A stretch of DNA of 64,000 bases from Candidatus Moraniibacteriota bacterium (GTDB lineage Bacteria > Patescibacteriota > Minisyncoccia > Moranbacterales > UBA2206), in the NCBI GenBank assembly GCA_049303905.1, contig JBAQNP010000011.1:2020-66019 (forward strand), in the 5' to 3' direction. Below the pieces are notes generated by a model. It was not told the origin of the DNA. It was given only the letters and a program-made list of their open reading frames with translations, and ran no database searches. Shown one piece after another: positions 27,178 to 36,979 of the stretch; within the stretch, counting starts at the first letter, position 1; each line of letters starts with the position of its first letter. Both the position numbers and the translations under genes were made by a program.

Positions 27178-29430
27178 CTATAGTTTGATTTTTGTTTTTA
27201 CTTTTTGGTCTATGATGTTGTATATGGGATATTTTTCTCTGATAATTTGGTGTAAGTCTATCCTTTTTGTTGTATCTGGCGTTATATCCTCAATAGATAT
27301 TACCAGTGCATAATCTTGAGAATAATCAATTGTATCAGCCTTTCCTCTTGTAGTTAAGGTTAGCCATATTTCCCAATCACCATTTTTATAATGCGAAAAA
27401 GTTTTTTCAAAAGTCTTTAGATTTTGCCATTTTGTTCTATTGTCAATCTTTTCCGAGGGGAGTCCGGCACTTCTATCCGTACCATTAGAGTTTTTATAAT
27501 GAAGATTGATGTCTATATCTGCTAATGTATAATCTATCTGGCCACTTTCACTTATGAGTGGAGTATAGGCTAAAGTTCCCCTAATCTTAACTTTTTTATT
27601 TTTTCCAACCAACTCATCAGGAATAATAAATTTTATTTTATGTTTATACTCTTTTGCTTCTTGATCATTTTCTTTTTTTGCCTCAATGGCTCCCAGGTGT
27701 ATAAATGTCGCTGATGACTTATCGCAGTCTAAAGCTCTGCTGTAATCAGGGATTCCAAAACCAACTGCTCTTCTACAATCATTCTCTTTTATTTTTGAAT
27801 TATTAGGCAGATTGTAACTAGCAGAATGAACAACTAAGGCCTTTACTAAATCAATCGAGTTTCTCCCAGTGTTCAACAGATAAGCATAAATTTGAGCGGC
27901 AATACTACTTACTAATGGAGCCGCAAAACTTGTTCCGATATTTTCATAAATTTTTTTAGGATCAATTGATAAGCTCCTAACTCCAACCCCTGCATAGTTT
28001 CCGTATTTATCGATATTCCCTCCAAAATGTGCTAAATCTGGCTTTTTTGAATCAGGCAGACCGGTTCTTGTAAAAGGAGACGGCTCATTATTCAGAGATA
28101 ATGCTCTTGAAGACGAACTATCAGCAATGGAGCCAACGCTTAAACCATTTATGATGTCGGCAGGAGAGGTAATAACTGAATTGTTGCAGAATAAACAATC
28201 TGGATATGTATCAGTCAGAAAAGTTTTTTGATTGCCTGCCGTTACAATTAAACAAACTTTGTGTTTATATGCTATTGCATCAAGCTCGCGAGTGAAAAAT
28301 GATTTTGTGTTATTTAGTATTGTCGTATCCGAGTCATTATTTAATGATAGATTAAAAACTTTTATATCTTTGTATTTTGGGTTTTTTATTGTGTCCAAGA
28401 GAGCGTTTATTATTTCTCGATCATTAGCACCCCTGCTTTTTCTCATCACTTTTATATCTAGAATTTTCAAGGCTGGTATCAGTCGGTTATTTTCTCTTAT
28501 TTGGTTTTCAATGTCATTTCCAAAAATTGCTCGTCCTGCAACGAATGTGCCATGCGAATGATTTTCGTCTTGAGAATCCTTTATAAAATCACAAGTATCT
28601 AGAATTAAATCCTTAATTAAGGGGTGTCTAGATATGCCAGTATCTATGACACCAATTTTTGCATCAAGTAATGGTTTTTCTATAATAACCGAATTGTATT
28701 CATATTCAATAGGTAGCTCTTGCGGGGTAAAAAAATCAATAGATTTTTCCACTCTAACAATTGGATTTCTTGGATCTGGTTCAGAAATTTCATCAATAAA
28801 ATTTGCGGCGAAAGAACCATATAATATTTTTGAACCAGCTTGCGAAGTAAAATACTCAACTTCAGAGCCAGTTTTCTTTTTCAGATTTTTTGCTACTTGT
28901 TTTCCATCTTCTTCGGAAACACCATCTGCAAGTATCAAATAGCTCTTGATTTTTTTGCCTTTTTGCGGAACAAATGATAACTTCGCACGCTTATTAATAA
29001 GTCCAATCTTGGTAATCGCAGACAAATATGCACTTCCGTTTTTATTATTAATCAAATCGAATTTACTTACAGAGTCCCTAAAGGATTTAAGATTTTCAGC
29101 AGTTGAGGATGCTAGAAAATTTTGTTTTCCTATTTGCGAATAAACATCTATATGGTTTTGTTCTAGTAGCTTACGTGGTTGTGCTGACTTTGCTAGTGCC
29201 TCATCATGAAATTCGATTTCATAAAATAATCTGTTTCCAGATAAAATTTGCCCTACTTTCTTTGTTTCCGCAAAACCTATAAGGTTGTCAACTTCTCGAA
29301 CCCTATCTCTTTTGTGTTTTTCAAATTCCGAATCATCTCCTCTGTAAGGCGGTGGATTTCCGCCTCCAGATTTTTGCTCTCTGCGATTATTTTCGGCTGG
29401 TATTTCAAATAAAGGGTTTTTTATTTTCAT
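27178..29430 (-). CDS. S8 family subtilisin-like serine peptidase with ~220-aa N-terminal extension
   Basis: Catalytic triad contexts VIDTGI (Asp), HGTFVAG (His), GTSFAAP (Ser). Sits 14 nt downstream of the AAA ATPase. Confidence 0.8.
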   Translation of the reverse strand: MKIKNPLFEIPAENNRREQKSGGGNPPPYRGDDSEFEKHKRDRVREVDNLIGFAETKKVGQILSGNRLFYEIEFHDEALAKSAQPRKLLEQNHIDVYSQIGKQNFLASSTAENLKSFRDSVSKFDLINNKNGSAYLSAITKIGLINKRAKLSFVPQKGKKIKSYLILADGVSEEDGKQVAKNLKKKTGSEVEYFTSQAGSKILYGSFAANFIDEISEPDPRNPIVRVEKSIDFFTPQELPIEYEYNSVIIEKPLLDAKIGVIDTGISRHPLIKDLILDTCDFIKDSQDENHSHGTFVAGRAIFGNDIENQIRENNRLIPALKILDIKVMRKSRGANDREIINALLDTIKNPKYKDIKVFNLSLNNDSDTTILNNTKSFFTRELDAIAYKHKVCLIVTAGNQKTFLTDTYPDCLFCNNSVITSPADIINGLSVGSIADSSSSRALSLNNEPSPFTRTGLPDSKKPDLAHFGGNIDKYGNYAGVGVRSLSIDPKKIYENIGTSFAAPLVSSIAAQIYAYLLNTGRNSIDLVKALVVHSASYNLPNNSKIKENDCRRAVGFGIPDYSRALDCDKSSATFIHLGAIEAKKENDQEAKEYKHKIKFIIPDELVGKNKKVKIRGTLAYTPLISESGQIDYTLADIDINLHYKNSNGTDRSAGLPSEKIDNRTKWQNLKTFEKTFSHYKNGDWEIWLTLTTRGKADTIDYSQDYALVISIEDITPDTTKRIDLHQIIREKYPIYNIIDQKVKTKIKL

Positions 29431-29444
29431 AATTTTACTTTTAA

Positions 29445-30557
29445 TTATTTGCTTATATTATGAATTGTTGAAGATGAGATACCTGTCATTTTTTCAAGAT
29501 TATCGAAGGTGTATCTTGATTTATCGGATTTTCTTAAATGTCTTATTGCTTTTATAAAATTTTTTCTAGGAGCACCTTTTAACTTTTCATTTTTTCCAGC
29601 AGTTGCAATTAAGAAATTTTCTATAAGAATATCTCTTAAACCAGCAGAATCTTTATCAAGGAGTGATTTCCTGAGACTCTTGTTAATAATTTGCTTTATT
29701 ATTGCACCTGATAATCCCTCTGAGAGTTCGGCTAGAAGATTGATATCAATATCTTCATTTGCCCCTATAATCATCTGAATTAAAGATTTACGAAGTGAGG
29801 CAGGGAGGATATCTATTTTAAGGGAATAATCAAATCTTCTCCAGACCGCTGAATCAAGTAAATGATCATGATTTGTTGCGGCAATCAATATGGTATCAGG
29901 ATTAAGCTCGTCGATATTTTGAAGTAAAACAGTCACTACTCGCTTAAGCTCACCTAGTTCTTGCGAATCATCTCGATGCTTTGCGATTGCATCAAATTCA
30001 TCCAATAATAAAACGCACTCGTTTGCGGAAGCTTCTCTGAATATTTCTTTTAAGTTTTTTCCTGTTTCTCCAAGATATGAAGATATAAGCGAATCTAAAT
30101 AAACATGAAGAATCGGAATACCTAATTCTCCGGCGACAACATAGGCGAAGAGAGTTTTTCCTGTTCCAGGAGGACCATGCAAAATTAACCTACTATCATT
30201 ACTTAATCCATGCTTTCTTAAGAGATCCTTTTTCTTGTAGTTGTGTATTATTTCTTGAAGGGTTTCCTTATTTGTATCTGAAAGTATTATATTTCCAATG
30301 CCAATTTTTGATTTTCGTATTTCAAAAAGTTTAGAATTATTATCCTGCGTATTTGAAAATTGAAATGAGCTTAGTGATGAGGGAGAGAAATGTGCCTCCG
30401 ATGCTGATGCATAAGCTTCTCGTAGTTTTTTTGCCAAATTATATTGCTTCCTTTTTTCTGCGGTCGCTATGAGCTTCTTGATGATGATATCAATTTCTTG
30501 CGGATCATTTTTTTTGAATGAATTTATTAAATTTATGATAATTTCTGTAGAAATCAT
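29445..30557 (-). CDS. AAA+ ATPase
   Basis: Walker A GPPGTGKT, Walker B VLLLDEFD; 370 aa; first gene of a two-gene operon with the S8 peptidase. Confidence 0.8.
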   Translation of the reverse strand: MISTEIIINLINSFKKNDPQEIDIIIKKLIATAEKRKQYNLAKKLREAYASASEAHFSPSSLSSFQFSNTQDNNSKLFEIRKSKIGIGNIILSDTNKETLQEIIHNYKKKDLLRKHGLSNDSRLILHGPPGTGKTLFAYVVAGELGIPILHVYLDSLISSYLGETGKNLKEIFREASANECVLLLDEFDAIAKHRDDSQELGELKRVVTVLLQNIDELNPDTILIAATNHDHLLDSAVWRRFDYSLKIDILPASLRKSLIQMIIGANEDIDINLLAELSEGLSGAIIKQIINKSLRKSLLDKDSAGLRDILIENFLIATAGKNEKLKGAPRKNFIKAIRHLRKSDKSRYTFDNLEKMTGISSSTIHNISK

Positions 30558-30780
30558 AGCAATTTTTATTTTATTTTAAGATTATGTTTTAATTATATCC
30601 AAAAATAGAAATTAAGTAAAGTTTTGGATAAATGCAATTTAAAACAGTTTAGATACGCCAGTTGTTATGCTGTTATAGTCATCCATAATTATTATTGACT
30701 GGCACTCAGTCGAAAGAATGGTCATTGCTTTTTATGTAAATGTGGAATATAAATGATTATAGACGCAAGCTAAAATTGAG

Positions 30781-32073
30781 TTGTTAAATATGGGAAAATT
30801 ATCTGAAAAATTAGTAGTTTATCTTGATCAAAATTTCATTAGTGAAATTGCTAAATCAAAAATAAACAGTAAAGTCAGAAAGGAATTTCAAGAACTTTTT
30901 GATTTGCTTCATAGAGGTTTTCTAGAAGAAAAATTAGTCGTACCATCTTCTTGGTTTCATGAAATTGAAACATGTTTGATTCCTGAATTCAAAGAAAGAA
31001 TCAAGGAATGCCAAGCATACATGGGTCAGATAGGCTTGGAAAATAAGGAGAACATATACACGTTTCAAATCGGAAGAGCCGCTAACGATTTCTTAGGAAA
31101 TAAAAATAAGCCACTGGATTACACAATTGCTTTCCATGATGATCCAGATCAGTTCTTGAAGTTTTACAATATAAGTTTTGATATGCATCTGGAGCGTTAT
31201 CACAATAAGGAAGAAAGAGAGGAGCTCGCATCAAAAATCGATGCAAACAGAGAGGAAATAAAGAAAGTAAGCTATAAAATTCAGTTAGGAAGAGAAATAG
31301 AAGCTTACTCTGCTGGTTTTCTGGCAAGCAACGGTTGGCGAGTTAACTATTTATTTAACGGAGATGTTGATAAAATTAAAGATTTTGCTGGTTCTAAAAA
31401 TTTTAAAGACATACCCCTGGTTGAAATTGGATCAAAGCTTTGGGCAAAAATCCTAACAGCTCATGGTAATAGAAAGATTCAAAGTGGCGACGCTACTGAT
31501 GTTGAGGTGATATCTTCCTATTTGCCCTATGTTGATGTGATGGCCATAGATGGTTTCATGGCCAATAATGTAAAAGAATTAAAAATGGATGAAAAATACA
31601 AAACCATTGTTTTTACTGCAAAGGGTGATGGTTTGAGAAAATTTATTGAGTTTATTAAAGATTATCTGGACAATAATCCACCAGTAAATGTTCCTGACGC
31701 CACTATATTTGTACTTTCGGATGATAAAATAAAAGATGTTTCTTTTGAATTTTTTAGAAAACTAGGGTCTTTATGCAGTAGATATTATACTGATGTCTAC
31801 GCTTTTGATGATGGGAATATGCCTAAATATCAACACAGAGATTCAAAAATCATAATGCCATTCAGTGGTTTGCAGGAAGTGCATCATATTGATATTAAAC
31901 CCAACACTTCAACAGAGGAAACCGTTGCTATCTGTAAAGAAAAATGTAGGTCGGAAAAATTCGTAATAATTGATTCATACCGAGATTTACCCGATAATTT
32001 TATTAAGACATTTATTGAATATTGTGAAAATGATAAAGATATGATTTTGGGGTATGGTATATACACAAAGTAG
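30781..32073 (+). CDS. hypothetical protein (430 aa)
   Basis: Long ORF divergent from the ATPase gene; no motif recognised. Confidence 0.5.
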   Translation: MLNMGKLSEKLVVYLDQNFISEIAKSKINSKVRKEFQELFDLLHRGFLEEKLVVPSSWFHEIETCLIPEFKERIKECQAYMGQIGLENKENIYTFQIGRAANDFLGNKNKPLDYTIAFHDDPDQFLKFYNISFDMHLERYHNKEEREELASKIDANREEIKKVSYKIQLGREIEAYSAGFLASNGWRVNYLFNGDVDKIKDFAGSKNFKDIPLVEIGSKLWAKILTAHGNRKIQSGDATDVEVISSYLPYVDVMAIDGFMANNVKELKMDEKYKTIVFTAKGDGLRKFIEFIKDYLDNNPPVNVPDATIFVLSDDKIKDVSFEFFRKLGSLCSRYYTDVYAFDDGNMPKYQHRDSKIIMPFSGLQEVHHIDIKPNTSTEETVAICKEKCRSEKFVIIDSYRDLPDNFIKTFIEYCENDKDMILGYGIYTK

Positions 32074-32245
32074 TTTTGCCTGAGTGATGAAATTGGTAGA
32101 CGAGGTGCCAACTTCTTCTTTCCAGTTTTTCTTAATTATTATTGAAGAATGGAATAAAGTTTCCAAGCTTTCCTTAGATAAAGAGATAGAAACTATAACT
32201 AAAAATGGGTAGAGCGAATGAAGGAAAAGAATAACAAACAAAATT

Positions 32246-32827
32246 ATGGTAAGAAAAATGAGCTATGGTATTAAGGTCTCCTATCCGGGATTCAGTGCGA
32301 CAGACTTAGAAAAAGAACGATCACAGAAGAAGTCGTCTGTTGAAGCATTGCCTAATTTGCTTTCGTCTTTGGCCTTGCCGTATTTATTTGGTGCAAAAAA
32401 GCAGATTAACAGGTATAAAACTTCCACATCGTTACTCTCTACACGACCCATATTATCTACTATGGAATGTTTGCATGAAGCATCTACATTATTTGAGGAT
32501 TTAAACACTGTGGCTATGTATGCTAATAAATGTAACCAACACCATGAGTACCATCGGCTATTTAGAGATATTTGTAATCATATTAGGCATACTGTTCGAG
32601 AAGATTTTGATATAGAGGATAAGAGCGTAAAAAATGAAGCTGCAAAAAGATTAGGACTTGATTCTAGGCTTCAAATTAATATAGGTTTTGATATGGATAG
32701 CATTAAAGTTGGAGAAAAAGTGATTAAGCTGGTTGATATAAAAGCGTATTTAGATTGGGCGGAAGGAGTTTTCACTGAGATCATAAATAGAGCCAAAAGG
32801 GACGGTGCTTTTCGAGAGATGGAATGA
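32246..32827 (+). CDS. hypothetical protein (193 aa)
   Basis: ORF with no recognised motif. Confidence 0.4.
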   Translation: MVRKMSYGIKVSYPGFSATDLEKERSQKKSSVEALPNLLSSLALPYLFGAKKQINRYKTSTSLLSTRPILSTMECLHEASTLFEDLNTVAMYANKCNQHHEYHRLFRDICNHIRHTVREDFDIEDKSVKNEAAKRLGLDSRLQINIGFDMDSIKVGEKVIKLVDIKAYLDWAEGVFTEIINRAKRDGAFREME

Positions 32828-32907
32828 ATTGGAAGCTGGCATTGAGATATATGTGGTATTTATTATTAAGCATAGGTTCGCATCATTTTTAGCTCGCGGA
32901 GCCTTTA

Positions 32908-32944
32908 AAAAATTACGTAATTAATTACGTAATTTTATTTTGAA
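32908..32944. terminator. bidirectional terminator: A-run, 24-bp perfect palindrome AATTACGTAATTAATTACGTAATT, T-run
   Basis: The identical 24-mer recurs at 58468-58491 in the same A/T-run context. Confidence 0.55.
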
Positions 32945-33035
32945 AAAAAGGTGCTTGACCTTTTTTTAATTGTTGCATTAATTGTATCAAAATGTTACAA
33001 TTAGAGTAAATAAATGTAATAATTAGAATAAATTC

Positions 33036-34091
33036 ATGGAAAAATTAACTAATCGTCAAAACTCAATACTAGAATTCATAAGAAATCAGGGGCAAGCCAG
33101 CACTAGGGAAATTAAGAAATACCAAGAACTAAAAACGGGAACTCTAAATAGAATAACAATCATAAGAGATCTTGATGTTTTAATAACGAAAAAACTAATT
33201 AAAAAAACAGGACAAGGAAGAAGCGTTTCTTATAGCATGATAATTGAAAATCCCCTACTGTCTTTTTATGATATTGAAAAATATTTTAAACAATCAATAA
33301 AAGAAAGAAATTCTCGAAAAAACTTCAACTTCGATATCTTTAAAAATTTTGATAATTCCATATTTTCAAAAGAAGAATTATCTAATCTTGATAAACTGAA
33401 TGATACCTACCGAAAAAGCGTAGCAAGGCTTTCCCCAACTATTTTAAAAAAGGAGTTTGAAAGACTAACTATCGAATTAAGTTGGAAATCATCTCAAATA
33501 GAAGGAAACACATATTCGTTAATAGAAACGGAAATTTTAATAACAGAAAATCAAGAGGCTTCCGGTCACACAAAATCAGAAACTCAAATGATCTTAAATC
33601 ATAAAAAAGCTCTGGATTATATTATTAATAATCCTAAAATTTTCAAAGAATTAACTCTTTCCAAAATCGAAGACTTGCACAAGCTACTCATCTTCGATCT
33701 TGGAGTTGAAAAAAATATTAGAAAAACATCAGTCGGAATAACTGGAACTAATTACAAACCGCTAGACAACCAATTTCAAATAAAAGAAGCCTTGCATGAA
33801 ATGCTTTCGATTATTAATGCTAAAAATCTACATCCCCTGCTAAAAGCACTCTCTGCAATCGCCTTAATTTCCTATACCCAGCCCTTTGAAGATGGAAACA
33901 AAAGAACTGCTAGAATTTTAGGCAATGCTATTTTATTAGCCCAGGAATATTGCCCACTATCCTACAGAGATGTTGATAAAAATGACTACAAGAAAGCGAT
34001 TTTGCTTTTTTATGAACAAAATAGTCTTTATTTACTAAAAGAAATTTTCATCCAACAATTTGAATTTGCAGTGAAGAATTATTTTGAATAA
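33036..34091 (+). CDS. Fic family protein with N-terminal HTH-like region
   Basis: Fic motif QPFEDGNKRTARILGNAILL. Confidence 0.75.
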   Translation: MEKLTNRQNSILEFIRNQGQASTREIKKYQELKTGTLNRITIIRDLDVLITKKLIKKTGQGRSVSYSMIIENPLLSFYDIEKYFKQSIKERNSRKNFNFDIFKNFDNSIFSKEELSNLDKLNDTYRKSVARLSPTILKKEFERLTIELSWKSSQIEGNTYSLIETEILITENQEASGHTKSETQMILNHKKALDYIINNPKIFKELTLSKIEDLHKLLIFDLGVEKNIRKTSVGITGTNYKPLDNQFQIKEALHEMLSIINAKNLHPLLKALSAIALISYTQPFEDGNKRTARILGNAILLAQEYCPLSYRDVDKNDYKKAILLFYEQNSLYLLKEIFIQQFEFAVKNYFE

Positions 34092-34106
34092 TACTAAAAT
34101 GGAAAC

Positions 34107-35195
34107 ATGTCTGAAGAAATAACAAAAATTGAAGATTTAGGATGGGATGAATTTTTTGAATCTAACCGGATAAAACTTGGACTAGAGGCTTTTCAAATTG
34201 CTCGGGTAATTTCCGAATTAAGAGGAGGTTATCGGGTGAAAAATGTCCAGGGTGAATATTTGGCCAAAATAATGGGCAAACAGATTTGGAAAGCAACTTC
34301 TCGAGAAGACTATCCGGCTGTGGGCGATTGGGTGGCAATTTCCAACTTGGAAGATGGGAAAGCGATAATCGAAAAAATATTGCCCAGAAAAACAATTATG
34401 CAAAGAAAATATAGCGGAAAGGATGAAACTCAAATTATAGCAACAAATATTGATGTGGTGTTTATCATTGAAGCGGTGGGCAGGGATTATAATTTAAATC
34501 GATTTGAACGATATTCTGCCATGGCAAATGATGGCGGAATAAAGTCAGCAATAATACTAAACAAAATAGATTTAATTTCCAAAGAAGAATTAAATTTGAA
34601 ACTTAATCAAATACGAGACCGCTTTAAAGATATTGATGTTCTCCTAACCAGCGTTTTGACTAATAGCGGACTAGAAGAATTAAAAAAATATATCACCAAA
34701 GGAAAAACCTATTGCTTTTTAGGCTCTTCTGGTGTGGGAAAATCTTCTCTAATCAATAGCTTACTTGGCGAAAGTAAAATAGAAACCGGTGAAATTGGTT
34801 CGCATTCAGGCAGAGGAAAACACGTGACAACTGCAAGGGAAATGTATTTCTCAAAACAAGGCGGTATCATAATAGACAATCCGGGGGTGCGAGAAGTAGG
34901 AATGACTGATGCCAGCGGTGGCGTTGATAATTTATTTGATGAAATAACGAGTCTATCTCAAGAATGTAAATTCGTTAATTGCACACATGTCCACGAGCCA
35001 GGATGCGCAGTTCTACTATCCTTGGAAGCTGGAAAAATAGATAAGCAAAGATATGTAAATTATATCAACCTCAAAAAAGAAACTCAGCATTATGGAATGA
35101 ATAAATTAGAGAAAAAAGAAAAGGACCGTCAGTTCGGAAAATTTATTAAAAATGCAAAAGCAGATTTTAAAAAATATTCTCATAAGGATTATTAA
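34107..35195 (+). CDS. rsgA: ribosome small-subunit-dependent GTPase A (RsgA/YjeQ)
   Basis: G motifs GSSGVGKSSLINSL and DNPGVRE, circularly permuted order; C-terminal zinc finger CKFVNCTHVHEPGC. Confidence 0.85.
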   Translation: MSEEITKIEDLGWDEFFESNRIKLGLEAFQIARVISELRGGYRVKNVQGEYLAKIMGKQIWKATSREDYPAVGDWVAISNLEDGKAIIEKILPRKTIMQRKYSGKDETQIIATNIDVVFIIEAVGRDYNLNRFERYSAMANDGGIKSAIILNKIDLISKEELNLKLNQIRDRFKDIDVLLTSVLTNSGLEELKKYITKGKTYCFLGSSGVGKSSLINSLLGESKIETGEIGSHSGRGKHVTTAREMYFSKQGGIIIDNPGVREVGMTDASGGVDNLFDEITSLSQECKFVNCTHVHEPGCAVLLSLEAGKIDKQRYVNYINLKKETQHYGMNKLEKKEKDRQFGKFIKNAKADFKKYSHKDY

Positions 35196-35210
35196 TTAAA
35201 AACTAAAAAA

Positions 35211-35801
35211 ATGGAACTGTTAAATTATAAAATTATTATTAGTCTTATTGCTGTTGTTCTATCTTTTGTTGGTTACGGTGTATATATCAGGGATGTACTA
35301 AGAAAGAAAACCACTCCGCACAGCTTTACTTTTTTTATTTGGGGCTTAGTTAGTTCTATAGTCTGGGCGCTTCAGGTTTATGGGGGAGCTGGCGTAGGCG
35401 CTTGGGTTACACTCTCAGTATCCCTAATTTGCACTTTTATTTTTTTTCTTTCTCTCAAATACGGCGAAAAGAATATTACTTTGCTAGATATCGTTTTTCT
35501 TCTCATCTCTTTGTTGGCACTTATCCTTTGGTTTTTTGCCAAGCTACCTATCTGGTCGATGATTTTATTAACAGCAATTGAAGTTTTTGGTTTTGCTCCA
35601 ACGATAAGAAAATCTTGGAATAAACCACAGGAGGAATCATTGCTGACTTGGGAAATAACAGCTTTTAGGCACGGGCTTAGTATTTTCGCATTGCAGTCGT
35701 TTAATATTCTAACTCTCCTATATCCAGTCACTTGGGTGTTTGTAAATTTACTTTTTAGTTTTCTTTTAATTATTCGTCGCAGACAGCTAAAATTAGTATA
35801 A
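35211..35801 (+). CDS. polytopic membrane protein, hypothetical
   Basis: 196 aa with ~6 hydrophobic helices. Confidence 0.5.
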   Translation: MELLNYKIIISLIAVVLSFVGYGVYIRDVLRKKTTPHSFTFFIWGLVSSIVWALQVYGGAGVGAWVTLSVSLICTFIFFLSLKYGEKNITLLDIVFLLISLLALILWFFAKLPIWSMILLTAIEVFGFAPTIRKSWNKPQEESLLTWEITAFRHGLSIFALQSFNILTLLYPVTWVFVNLLFSFLLIIRRRQLKLV

Positions 35802-35893
35802 AGCTTAAGACTTAGCTTAATTAGAAAAAATTAAATTTATAGTTATTTCGGAAAAAAGATAACTAATGAAATGATTATGCTATACTAAAAAAC

Positions 35894-36907
35894 ATGACTC
35901 ATAACAATAAATTATCAAAAAACAAGCATTGGGATATTTTGGGGATTGGCAGTCCCCTGTTTGATATTGTGATTCCGGTGAGTGAAGAAATGCTCGCTAA
36001 ATTGAATTTCAAAAAAGGCTCTATGAATTTGATTTCAAAGGCGGAAAGTGAAAATATTTTCCAGCAATTTAAAAACATAGAATTAAATTTAACTCCTGGG
36101 GGCAGTGTTTCCAATACTCTTTCTGGAGCTAATCTTTTGGGCAGTCGCGTGTCATTTTTGGGACTTGTTGGCCAAGATGAACATGGCAAAAAATATCAAG
36201 AAAAAATAGAAGCAGAAGGCGTCGCTTCTCATCTTTGTTTTCACGATGGTGGGATAACCGGACATGCGATTGTTTTTGTCACTCCAGACGGAGAACGTAC
36301 CATGGCTACGCATTTGGGGGCCTCGATTAATTTCAATAAAAATCATATTCAAGAAAAAGAAATTAGGCGCGCAAAAATTCTCCATATCGAAGCCTATCAA
36401 CTGGAAAATTCTGTCAGTCGCCAAGCAGTTTTGCACGCGGTGGAAATTGCCAAAAAAAATGATGTTTTGGTTTCACTGGATTTGTCTGATACTCAACTCA
36501 TTAAGCGCAACAAAAAACTTTTTTTGCAAATTGTCAAAGAACATATTGATATTGTTTTTGCCAATGAAGAAGAAGCCACCGCCTTTAGTGGCAAGAAAAA
36601 TTCTCGCAAAGCTTTGCGCGAAATAGCTAAAAATTGTCGTATCGCAATAGTGAAATTAGGAGAAAAAGGCAGTCTAATAGAGAAAGATGGAAAAATTTTT
36701 GAAATTTTACCTCAAAAAGTTAAAGTGGTAAACACTAATGGCGCAGGCGATATGTACGCCGCCGGAATTTTACATGGATTGATAAATAATTTAGACTTAG
36801 AAGAAGCTGGAAAAATAGCCAGTCATGTTTCTGCTCTAATTGTTGCCAGCTCCGGCTCGCGACTCGACAAAAAACATCACAAATTAATTCAGAAAAACAG
36901 TAAGTGA
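35894..36907 (+). CDS. PfkB-family carbohydrate/adenosine kinase
   Basis: NTNGAGDMYAAGILHG (GAGD anion hole) and an N-terminal GG-type motif. Adjacent to ahcY, which suggests adenosine kinase. Confidence 0.75.
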   Translation: MTHNNKLSKNKHWDILGIGSPLFDIVIPVSEEMLAKLNFKKGSMNLISKAESENIFQQFKNIELNLTPGGSVSNTLSGANLLGSRVSFLGLVGQDEHGKKYQEKIEAEGVASHLCFHDGGITGHAIVFVTPDGERTMATHLGASINFNKNHIQEKEIRRAKILHIEAYQLENSVSRQAVLHAVEIAKKNDVLVSLDLSDTQLIKRNKKLFLQIVKEHIDIVFANEEEATAFSGKKNSRKALREIAKNCRIAIVKLGEKGSLIEKDGKIFEILPQKVKVVNTNGAGDMYAAGILHGLINNLDLEEAGKIASHVSALIVASSGSRLDKKHHKLIQKNSK

Positions 36908-36979
36908 AAAAATAAATAATATAATTAAAAATAAGTTGCGTCTTATCATAAGATTCAAATCTTATTTAACAGGGTAAAT

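Larger units (their letters stand above)
21034..32902. mobile_element. putative integrative element inserted at tRNA-Asn (serine recombinase, iterons, phage-like small genes, AAA-ATPase/S8-protease cargo)
   Basis: The recombinase abuts and overlaps the tRNA. Iteron arrays lie at 22917-23246. The right end is placed at a weak partial match to the tRNA 3' end (AGGTTCG...TCGCGGAGC at 32873-32902); the right boundary is uncertain. Confidence 0.4.
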
